IMG/VR virus record: IMGVR_UViG_3300032298_001311
Coordinates: 1-64,000 of that record
Direction: 5' to 3' (one strand)
Length of the DNA stretch: 64,000 nt
Source: a virus
Shown: in pieces, positions 50,395 to 57,635 of the stretch
Layout: each line of letters starts with the position of its first letter
How positions within the stretch are numbered: position 1 is the stretch's first letter
The notes under the pieces: generated by a model
The model's input: the letters and a program-made list of their open reading frames with translations, nothing else
The model's database searches: none
Told to the model about the DNA's origin: nothing
Made by a program: the position numbers and the translations under genes

Positions 50395-50541
50395 TTATTT
50401 CCTTTCAATAAGCGCAACTTTGTATTATTCTTATTATTCTTAAGTTGCGTCTGCCAATCACGGGTCCGTGTATGATCAGCTATCCCCACCAAAAAGGGCA
50501 GGTTGTATATTTATCGGAAAAATATGAAGAAAAAACTACAG

Positions 50542-50668
50542 TTTACTTTGGTAGCATAAAATGCCCGTAAGCATCGAATAGCCACTGTGGTTGTGGTAAA
50601 AGACTCCAACCAACAATAAGGCCAGCACCAAAAGCTAAAATTGTAGTAACAAAAACTAACTTTTTCAT
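50542..50668 (-). CDS. Small membrane peptide (41 aa)
   Basis: MKKLVFVTTILAFGAGLIVGWSLLPQPQWLFDAYGHFYATK after ATAAATA. Confidence 0.45.
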
Positions 50669-50679
50669 ACAGTATTTAT

Positions 50680-50754
50680 TGGAGGAGAGGATGGGAATCG
50701 AACCCACTTAATACGGTTTTGCAGACCGCTCCATAACCATTCTGGTACCTCTCC
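50680..50754 (-). tRNA. tRNA-Cys(GCA)
   Basis: Loop CTGCAAA, CCA. Confidence 0.93.
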
Positions 50755-50755
50755 A

Positions 50756-51397
50756 TTATCTCTTAAAAAGATATTTTTTTTCTTCAAAAAACTTATAATT
50801 TTTTTTATTTAAATGGTATATGTGACTATTTACTTCATCCCAATTCTTTATATAAGATTCATAATTACCCGGAGTTTTAATTAAAGAACTAGATTTTTGG
50901 TATTCTTCTATATCTAATGGAGGTAAATCTAGTATAGAACATAAAGATAAAGGATCATTTTTAAATTCATCATAATTTATTATTGTAGAAATAGAAAACA
51001 AATCTTTAGGAATAGTATTATACCATTCTAACATTAGATGATATTGTCCTACAAAATCTTTAATATTTAAATGAAAAGGTGTTATTTCTAATTTTGGAGT
51101 TTCTGTGCTATAATGATAGATATTAGTATTTTTTGCTATAAAATGGCTTAAACAAATTTCTATAGGATTTCTTATACTGATGATATATTTCCCTTTTTTT
51201 AACGGGAAAAATTTTTTTTGGTGATCATGTATTATTACTTGATTTTTAGATATAATATCTTTTGATATTTCATTAGAAGTTATTAATTTTAAATCGACAT
51301 TCTGTTCTCTATAAACTCTACGTATAATGTTTACTATTAACATACTTCCCGTTCGACCGGGAGTTGTAATAAACCAATTATCGTATTCTAAAAACAT
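50756..51397 (-). CDS. Sulfotransferase-like protein
   Basis: 5'-PSB-like TPGRTGSMLI and 3'-PB-like IRNP...S. Confidence 0.65.
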   Translation of the reverse strand: MFLEYDNWFITTPGRTGSMLIVNIIRRVYREQNVDLKLITSNEISKDIISKNQVIIHDHQKKFFPLKKGKYIISIRNPIEICLSHFIAKNTNIYHYSTETPKLEITPFHLNIKDFVGQYHLMLEWYNTIPKDLFSISTIINYDEFKNDPLSLCSILDLPPLDIEEYQKSSSLIKTPGNYESYIKNWDEVNSHIYHLNKKNYKFFEEKKYLFKR

Positions 51398-51415
51398 ACA
51401 TTATTTAATAGAATT

Positions 51416-51501
51416 TGGCGGCCCGTTAGCCCCTAGGGTGTTGGAAACCCAGGATTGACCCCCGAGTGGGACTTCTTCCTATTTGAGCACCGCGACGGGC
51501 C
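51416..51501 (-). ncRNA. Unclassified 86-nt tRNA-like RNA with acceptor stem and CCA
   Basis: GGCCCGT/ACGGGCC 7-bp stem plus G-CCA; internal GGGT-TTCCAAC-ACCC hairpin; no cloverleaf. Confidence 0.55.
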
Positions 51502-51514
51502 AAGCGCGGCTTTC

Positions 51515-52204
51515 TTACTTACGATCTCCGAAGAGCATAAGCAGATTTATAAACATGTTGATAAAGTTCATATAAAGTTGTAATGCTCCGTAAATACCAA
51601 GCATTTCTCTTTCACCTTCATAAGAACGATCGTACATGTCCTTTAACATCTGAACATCATAAGCAGTAAGACCTGCGAAAAGTAATACTGCGATAAGACT
51701 TGTAGCAGTAGCAATAACTGTGCTCTGAACAAATAAATTAATAAGACCAGTTATAATCAGCCCCATCAATCCCATAAACAAGAATGATCCAAACTGTGTT
51801 AGATCACGCTTCGTTGTATATCCATACAGGCTAACTGCTCCAAACATAGCACTTGTTCCAAAGAAAAGTGTAAAGATACTACCCATCTTAAACAGAGCAA
51901 AGATAAATGCTAAACTTATACCTGTTGCTGCTGAATAAACATAGAACCAAGTTCTTGCCTGCGCTGGAGTCATTGATCTAATAGCCCAAGACAAGTACAT
52001 AACAATTCCTAATGGTGCTAACATCACTAACCATTTTTGTGGACCACCGAAGAACATTCCTAATAGTTCTGGACTTGTGCCAACAATAAATGATAGCACA
52101 CTACTAATGGCGAGACCTATCGCCATATTATTAAAGATACTGAGCATATACTGTCTCAGCCCTTCGTTATAAGAAATACCTACAGTATTATAACCGGATC
52201 TCAT
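51515..52204 (-). CDS. Bax inhibitor-1/YccA family membrane protein
   Basis: About seven TM helices, GYTTKRDLT, ALQLYMNFINMF. Confidence 0.9.
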   Translation of the reverse strand: MRSGYNTVGISYNEGLRQYMLSIFNNMAIGLAISSVLSFIVGTSPELLGMFFGGPQKWLVMLAPLGIVMYLSWAIRSMTPAQARTWFYVYSAATGISLAFIFALFKMGSIFTLFFGTSAMFGAVSLYGYTTKRDLTQFGSFLFMGLMGLIITGLINLFVQSTVIATATSLIAVLLFAGLTAYDVQMLKDMYDRSYEGEREMLGIYGALQLYMNFINMFINLLMLFGDRK

Positions 52205-52271
52205 TTTAATCTCCTCTACTATGTATTATATTGTATTTTTACAACAGATTACAACCGATATGCTACTCTAT

Positions 52272-52826
52272 TTAAGAATTATTCATAAAACAAAACCAAC
52301 CAGTTATAATATATTTTATTTCAGTGTTAGAAACAACACCTCTATGATAATGTGTCCACCCTGCAGGCCAAATTATTGTTAATCCTTTTTCAGGAGGAGT
52401 TGTTAAATTTTGATGAATAAACTCTGTTCCGCCACCATCTTTAATATCATTCAAATATGTCATATAAACTAAATGCCTGTTTATATAATTATCAAGTCCA
52501 TTGTTTTCGCAATGTTCTATTGAATAAAATTTTCCAGGATCATATCTTTGTATTCTAGGGCGGGTGAAACCCCATTTAACAATATCTTTCGAACAAAAGG
52601 GATATAAATTTTTATAATTTGTTGTTACTTGTATTAATTCTTTACAATATCTTTCACATAATTTAGAATCAAAATATTCTAAATCTATATCTCTATATTC
52701 TTTAATTCCGCTTTGGAATACTAAAGGATTACTCTCGCCTTTTGTTACTATTGAATCGCATAAGGTATGATCGATATACCAACCTGCTATGAAATTATTT
52801 AGATTGTTTATACTACTTGATTTCAT
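52272..52826 (-). CDS. 2OG-Fe(II) oxygenase (prolyl 4-hydroxylase-like)
   Basis: EHCE, YMTYLND..GGGTEF, WPAGWTHYHRG; start MKSSS at 52826. Confidence 0.82.
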   Translation of the reverse strand: MKSSSINNLNNFIAGWYIDHTLCDSIVTKGESNPLVFQSGIKEYRDIDLEYFDSKLCERYCKELIQVTTNYKNLYPFCSKDIVKWGFTRPRIQRYDPGKFYSIEHCENNGLDNYINRHLVYMTYLNDIKDGGGTEFIHQNLTTPPEKGLTIIWPAGWTHYHRGVVSNTEIKYIITGWFCFMNNS

Positions 52827-52846
52827 AAATTTAATTATCAGTTTGA

Positions 52847-52922
52847 TGGTAGACCGTGAGGGATTTGAACCCCCGACAAAGTGATTAAGAGTCACCTGCT
52901 CTACCAACTGAGCTAACGGTCC
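52847..52922 (-). tRNA. tRNA-Lys(CTT)
   Basis: Loop CTCTTAA, CCA. Confidence 0.95.
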
Positions 52923-52927
52923 ATAAC

Positions 52928-53005
52928 TGGTTGGCGTAGCTGGATTCGAACCAGCGACCTCAGACTTATCAGGTCTGCGCTCTGAACCAACTGAGCTATA
53001 CGCCA
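52928..53005 (-). tRNA. tRNA-Ile(GAT)
   Basis: Loop CTGATAA, CCA. Confidence 0.95.
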
Positions 53006-53006
53006 A

Positions 53007-53080
53007 TGGTACCGACATCAGGTATCGATCCTGATCTAACTGATCCACAATCAATCGTGCTACCTTTACACTATGTCGGC
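53007..53080 (-). tRNA. tRNA-His(GTG), no encoded G-1, A73
   Basis: Loop TTGTGGA; acceptor GCCGACA/TGTCGGT, A, CCA; T-loop ATCGATA. Confidence 0.88.
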
Positions 53081-53088
53081 TTAAAAAA

Positions 53089-53164
53089 TGGTGCTGCTTG
53101 AGAGATTTGAACTCCCGACCTACTGATTACTAATCAGTTGCTCTACCAACTGAGCTAAAGCAGC
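53089..53164 (-). tRNA. tRNA-Thr(AGT)
   Basis: Stem ACTGA/TCAGT, loop TTAGTAA; otherwise typical Thr body; CCA. Confidence 0.9.
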
Positions 53165-53165
53165 G

Positions 53166-53858
53166 TTATATCCAATTTAATTCTTTTAATTTCTCAAATA
53201 ATACATTTGATGTATATGTTTTAAAAGAATTTGGTGTAGGATGAATTTGATCCTCTAAAAAATCTAAATTGTTTTCTCTACACCATGACATTATACTTTT
53301 GTCTAAAAAATCAATTTGCTTTTCGGCAAGAAAAGCAGTCATGCTTTCCCAATGTTCAGATTTAATTGCCCAATCCATTCCTACAACTATTAATAATCTT
53401 GGACATATTTTTTTAATAATTACAAACATAAAAAGCAAATGTTGTAATGTATCAACCTCTGTATGTGATTCTATAGTATTTTCAAATCTTCTATACAAAG
53501 GACTAACAGATAGTAAATTAATTCTCGGTTGACCGTCAATCTTATTTTTATCTTTTATATGATAATGAGACATAGAGAATTTTTTTTGAATAAGTTTTTC
53601 TGTTCTTTCTAATTTGTCGAGATGTTCGTTCTCTAACGTAAGAACAGGGCCCGATGAAGCAGAAATCTGCCAAATAACAATATCATCATGTTTTAAATCA
53701 TTATCTAACATCCAATCTTGAAACAATTGGCTTTGAAAAAGATTTTGTGATGCAGGTTTAGCAAGATTGATTAATTCAAAATTAATCATATCTGACAAAA
53801 TACATGGCCACGGAGTTTTTCCGAGAGACATACTATCACCAAGTGTTATTAAACGCAT
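53166..53858 (-). CDS. SGNH-like hydrolase/acyltransferase
   Basis: LGDSMS, NLAKPASQN, DQIHP; TATAAATA at 53863-53870. Confidence 0.7.
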   Translation of the reverse strand: MRLITLGDSMSLGKTPWPCILSDMINFELINLAKPASQNLFQSQLFQDWMLDNDLKHDDIVIWQISASSGPVLTLENEHLDKLERTEKLIQKKFSMSHYHIKDKNKIDGQPRINLLSVSPLYRRFENTIESHTEVDTLQHLLFMFVIIKKICPRLLIVVGMDWAIKSEHWESMTAFLAEKQIDFLDKSIMSWCRENNLDFLEDQIHPTPNSFKTYTSNVLFEKLKELNWI

Positions 53859-53878
53859 GAGATATTTATAAACGAAAA

Positions 53879-53953
53879 TGGCGCTCCCTACGAGATTCGA
53901 ACTCGTGTTTCAGCCGTGAAAGGGCCGCGTCCTAACCACTAGACGAAGGGAGC
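53879..53953 (-). tRNA. tRNA-Glu(TTC)
   Basis: Loop CTTTCAC, CCA. Confidence 0.95.
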
Positions 53954-53961
53954 GTACATTT

Positions 53962-53990
53962 AATATACACTAACAGATTCACAATGTCAA
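53962..53990 (-). promoter_or_regulatory. Sigma70-like promoter upstream of tRNA-Glu
   Basis: TTGACA-17 nt-TATATT. Confidence 0.65.
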
Positions 53991-53995
53991 ACAAC

Positions 53996-54023
53996 AAAAA
54001 ACCCCGGACTATTAATCCGGGGT
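53996..54023 (-). terminator. Intrinsic terminator of the leader region
   Basis: ACCCCGGA-TTAATAG-TCCGGGGT followed by a T-tract. Confidence 0.85.
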
Positions 54024-54050
54024 CTTTAAAGCATATATGTGATTCTCAAA

Positions 54051-54125
54051 TCACCACGCCAGACCCCGACTGGTATCTTCATACCAGCACATAATCTTAT
54101 TAATGTTACAATGGCGTTGGGTCAT
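54051..54125 (-). CDS. Putative 24-aa leader peptide
   Basis: MTQRHCNINKIMCWYEDTSRGLAW between promoter and terminator. Confidence 0.4.
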   Translation of the reverse strand: MTQRHCNINKIMCWYEDTSRGLAW

Positions 54126-54157
54126 TATTGAACTCACTAATCCTTTATTGTCTTTTA

Positions 54158-54186
54158 TTTATACACGCAGATTAAAACTATGTCAA
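54158..54186 (-). promoter_or_regulatory. Sigma70-like promoter of the leader
   Basis: TTGACA-17 nt-TATAAA. Confidence 0.65.
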
Positions 54187-54204
54187 CCTTTAATTTGTTT
54201 ACAT

Positions 54205-54723
54205 TTATACTTTTTTGATAAGCCAGGATGGTATAATATGATGATTATCGGTATATAGTCTATTAGTTCCTAGAAAGTCATGAACAGCACATTTAACAGT
54301 ATCCCAATTATAATCGTGTCCGCCAATCTTTCCTCCGAGTTTCAGTTTAGGATACCATGCAAATATATCCTCTTTTACAGATTCGTAATCGTGCGATGCA
54401 TCTAAGAAGACAAAATCTAAACTATTATCTCTATAAAGTTTTGCTGCTTCAATACTACACAATTTAATAGGATTAATATAATTCTTAACAGGACCTATAT
54501 TATTAATAAATTCGTTATAAATTTCATCAGGAAATATATCTACACAATCAAATTTAATATTCTTTTTGCTATTAATAATTTCAACAGCCATAAATGCTGC
54601 ACTACGTCCTTTAAGTGTTCCAACTTCAACAATATGAGAATTGTTGTCTATTTCATTTATTATATTTTTATAGATATCCTGAAATGTAAAAAATCCTTCA
54701 ATTGATTCATAAAAATGTTCCAT
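54205..54723 (-). CDS. Class I SAM-dependent methyltransferase (Methyltransf_24-like)
   Basis: VEVGTLKGRS, VFLDASHDY, GGHDY. Confidence 0.85.
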   Translation of the reverse strand: MEHFYESIEGFFTFQDIYKNIINEIDNNSHIVEVGTLKGRSAAFMAVEIINSKKNIKFDCVDIFPDEIYNEFINNIGPVKNYINPIKLCSIEAAKLYRDNSLDFVFLDASHDYESVKEDIFAWYPKLKLGGKIGGHDYNWDTVKCAVHDFLGTNRLYTDNHHIIPSWLIKKV

Positions 54724-54778
54724 ATTATTATGTATTATATTTTCTTTATCTTAAATTAATTTTGATATTATTTCGTGG

Positions 54779-54808
54779 TTAGAGGCTAATCCAAAGACTA
54801 GCCTCTAA
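54779..54808. terminator. Intrinsic terminator after the rlpA-like gene
   Basis: TTAGAGGCTA / TAGCCTCTAA 10-bp inverted repeat. Confidence 0.75.
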
Positions 54809-54813
54809 TTTTT

Positions 54814-55320
54814 TTAGTTTACGCGAGCGACATGTACAGTTGATGTACTTCCCATACCGATTGCTCTAGCAGCACCGTATGAAAGATCTAACTGACGTCC
54901 GCGAACAAATGGACCACGGTCGTTAATTGTTACGTGAACACATCCACGATGACAAACTTGAAGAACAGTTCCAAACGGAAGTGTCTTATGAGCGGCTGTC
55001 ATAGCATGTGGATTAAAAACTGCTCCACTAGCAGTATGCTTTGCTAGTTTCTCACCGTGTCCGTAAAAGGAAGCAACCATGCGCTGTCCTCCGGAAACAA
55101 TGCTACTAAAGAATCCACCGTTATCTGCCTGTTCTGTAGCAGGCTGTGCTTCTGCGTGTCGTCCGTGACGACGAGCAACTTTAACAGTGGATTGAGTGTG
55201 CGGCTGCTGTAATACATCGTCAAATAATGAACTAATCGGATCTTCTCCGGCTATTGACGGTGTAGCACTAATAACAACTGCTGTAATAGCAGCCATCACA
55301 ACTTTATTAAATTTAATCAT
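54814..55320 (-). CDS. rlpA: RlpA-family lytic transglycosylase (DPBB fold), secreted
   Basis: ASFYG, TASG, MTAAHKTLPFGT, INDRGPF, LDLSYGAA. Confidence 0.9.
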   Translation of the reverse strand: MIKFNKVVMAAITAVVISATPSIAGEDPISSLFDDVLQQPHTQSTVKVARRHGRHAEAQPATEQADNGGFFSSIVSGGQRMVASFYGHGEKLAKHTASGAVFNPHAMTAAHKTLPFGTVLQVCHRGCVHVTINDRGPFVRGRQLDLSYGAARAIGMGSTSTVHVARVN

Positions 55321-55646
55321 ATTCTATCCTTCCTTTTCTGGTTCGTTCAGCACAATGCCAGACGAACATATTAAGAGTTGAACGAGATATGAGACCGTTC
55401 AACTGTACTTTCCCAAACTAATGGGAAACTCTAAATTTCTGGAAATATAAGTCTTTAGATTATGCTATGTAAAAAACTAACATAAAAGCAAGAGCAAGCA
55501 TAGAAGTTACAAAAAATATAGCATCCTGCTTTTCAGTTTGTGCTATAGCGATTGCTTTTGCTTTGGACTTACGCATAATATTATCCTTTCGATAAAAAGC
55601 TCGTTTTGTATTTAGCAATTTTTATCGCACATAAAACTGCATATAA

Positions 55647-55736
55647 TGGCGGAAGGAGTGGGATTCGAACCCACGGTAGCATCTCTGCTACGCCCATTTA
55701 GCAAACGGGTGCTTTCGGCCTCTCAGCCATCCTTCC
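55647..55736 (-). tRNA. tRNA-Ser(GCT)
   Basis: Long variable arm, loop TTGCTAA, CCA. Confidence 0.95.
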
Positions 55737-55745
55737 ATACTGTAA

Positions 55746-55774
55746 ATTATATATGCTTCACTGGACTATGTCAA
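55746..55774 (-). promoter_or_regulatory. Sigma70-like promoter upstream of tRNA-Ser(GCT)
   Basis: TTGACA-17 nt-TATAAT. Confidence 0.7.
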
Positions 55775-55805
55775 GAAGAAAGCCGCCCGTATTACACGAG
55801 CGGCT
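55773..55805 (-). terminator. Intrinsic terminator after pmoC
   Basis: AGCCGCTCGT/ACGGGCGGCT stem followed by TTCTTCTT. Confidence 0.75.
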
Positions 55806-55831
55806 CTTGGGAGGATTTAATCTCTACTGAA

Positions 55832-56599
55832 TTAATCAGCGAGGAGGGCGACGCCGTCCTTACCAACTAGAGCATGTACTCTTCCGAGGATCTGTAGAAC
55901 AACACCAAATACACCTAGTGCCATCCAACCAAAGAACACAAAGCCCCAATGTAGAGGTGCTACGAAGAGCTCTTCCATAAACCAGAATGTATGACCCCAC
56001 TCATTGAGACCAACATTTGGAATAATCATGAACGGACCAATAGCAACGATCAAGAATGCTAGTGAATAGCCCTGAGCGAAGTATGGGATACGTGTTCTTG
56101 CGTAGAAGAACGCACCAACAGCAATAACGCTGTAGATTGGGTAGCTCATGTAGAACTCAATGATGTGACTTGGAGTGAAGTCAGTATCACGAATAACTGT
56201 CATGTGCCAAGTTCCGTCCTGCTCTGTAAAGAACGAAGCACCCCAGTAAATAGCAACACCGTAAACTACGAGCCACTGTACAAGGGTTACAAGGCGACGC
56301 ATTTCTTCACGAGGAGTTACGTTAGCTAGATCGCGATCGCGAGTCTTCCAAAGATAACCAGCAAGTCCTAGTCCAGAAACTAGTTCTAGTGGAATCTCTG
56401 TCCAAAGGATTGACATCCAATATGTCTGGAACTCTGGAGCAAATGAATCTAGTCCAGCTCTCCATCCGAAGACCTGCTCATAGATACGTACAATTAGATA
56501 GAAAACATTTAAACATGCTAGTCCGATCCACATACCACGTAGATCAACAACCTGTGCGTCTGTGTCCGCAAGTGCGGTAGTCTTAGTAAGTGTTGCCAT
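55832..56599 (-). CDS. pmoC: Particulate methane monooxygenase subunit C
   Basis: DSFAPEFQTYW, EQDGTWH...DTDFTPSH, NEWGHTFWFMEELFVAPLHWGFV; N-terminal part (VDLRGMWIGL...PLELVSGLGLAGYLWKTRDR) of Methylocystis/Methylosinus type. Confidence 0.97.
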   Translation of the reverse strand: MATLTKTTALADTDAQVVDLRGMWIGLACLNVFYLIVRIYEQVFGWRAGLDSFAPEFQTYWMSILWTEIPLELVSGLGLAGYLWKTRDRDLANVTPREEMRRLVTLVQWLVVYGVAIYWGASFFTEQDGTWHMTVIRDTDFTPSHIIEFYMSYPIYSVIAVGAFFYARTRIPYFAQGYSLAFLIVAIGPFMIIPNVGLNEWGHTFWFMEELFVAPLHWGFVFFGWMALGVFGVVLQILGRVHALVGKDGVALLAD

Positions 56600-56754
56600 T
56601 TCTTATCTCCTATAAAGTTAGGCATTTTTATTGAGCATCACTGAAATCTTACGGTTCACCACCTCCCGATGTAGTGATGCTCCGTTTACACACGTTATAT
56701 GAGTTGTTTTACTTGCACACCTCCCCGGTTAAAGTATCACTTTACTCTGACAAG

Positions 56755-56762
56755 TATTTATA
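56755..56762 (-). promoter_or_regulatory. T4-type late promoter upstream of pmoC
   Basis: Exact TATAAATA about 155 nt before the ATG. Confidence 0.65.
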
Positions 56763-56959
56763 ATCTTGTCTTATAACTGTATATATTTTTAGTATAAATG
56801 AAAGTATTTGTCAAGGAAGAAATTGGTTTTTTAATTGTCCAAAGAGCCAGAAAGGCAAGCTCACAACCGTGGTAATAATAAAAATAACAGACATAACAGC
56901 TAGATAGCCGGCGAAAATAGCAAATCTTGGAATTTGTAAAAGAGATCCGGTTAATGTTC

Positions 56960-57529
56960 TCATGTGTTTATCTCTATGTCTACAGCAACAATAAATCTGT
57001 TCTGTTTGCTCTGTACGATTCCCGGTCGATGCCAATGCTGACTTGGATATATATGCCAAGTTTTTCTATGTGGCCTTACGAAAAACCGCTCAGGATTATT
57101 TACCCCATTAGGAGCAAACTCTGTACCGGCATGATCTAGATCAAGAACATCATCTGGAATATGAACATAATAAACGCCGCTTATTTTCCTTTTACTAGTA
57201 TCTGGAAGATGATTATGCCATAAATTATCGCGATCCTCTGCTCCGTCTAAATTTGTCATAAAAGACCATGCATTCATGTTAGATACGCGAACTTCACTGC
57301 CAAGATAAAGGAACACTGAAGTAAGAAAGCTCATCCTGTATTTGAGCCAAATAGGTTCAGGACGAGCAAAAATATTTTCTTTAGTTTGAAATTTTGGGCT
57401 GTTTATGAAATAGTTTCCGGACTCGATAATTCCTTTTACTATTTCACAAACATTTTGATCATCTTGATCAGAAATTAAACTGCTATAATCAAAAGTTTTA
57501 CAAATAGCATTTTGATCTATAACAGTCAT
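56960..57529 (-). CDS. 2OG-Fe(II) oxygenase-like protein
   Basis: WHNH...SGVYYV...GTEF...YPSQHWH. Confidence 0.7.
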   Translation of the reverse strand: MTVIDQNAICKTFDYSSLISDQDDQNVCEIVKGIIESGNYFINSPKFQTKENIFARPEPIWLKYRMSFLTSVFLYLGSEVRVSNMNAWSFMTNLDGAEDRDNLWHNHLPDTSKRKISGVYYVHIPDDVLDLDHAGTEFAPNGVNNPERFFVRPHRKTWHIYPSQHWHRPGIVQSKQNRFIVAVDIEINT

Positions 57530-57539
57530 TTAAATCCTT

Positions 57540-57614
57540 TGGAGCGGGTGACTGGATTCGAACCAGCGACGAACAGCTTGGAAGGCTGACACTCTACCCC
57601 TGAGTTACACCCGC
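57540..57614 (-). tRNA. tRNA-Gly(TCC)
   Basis: Loop CTTCCAA, CCA. Confidence 0.95.
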
Positions 57615-57635
57615 ATAATATAGAACTATTTATTA

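Noticed and set aside
51416-51501. tmRNA, SRP RNA or tRNA-Sec identity for the CCA-ended RNA
   Set aside because: No G3-U70 or tag ORF, no SRP GGAA-loop consensus, no TCA anticodon arm; left unclassified
52827-53054. N-terminal extension of track ORF 52272..53054
   Set aside because: It runs through tRNA-Lys, Ile and His genes; the oxygenase starts at 52826
56811-57059. 82-aa ORF upstream of pmoC
   Set aside because: Overlaps the 2OG oxygenase by 100 nt in another frame; a shorter membrane peptide is possible but unsupported
55832-57529. Complete pmoCAB operon or host chromosome fragment
   Set aside because: pmoC is followed by a terminator and tRNA-Ser, and its neighbours and motifs are phage-like
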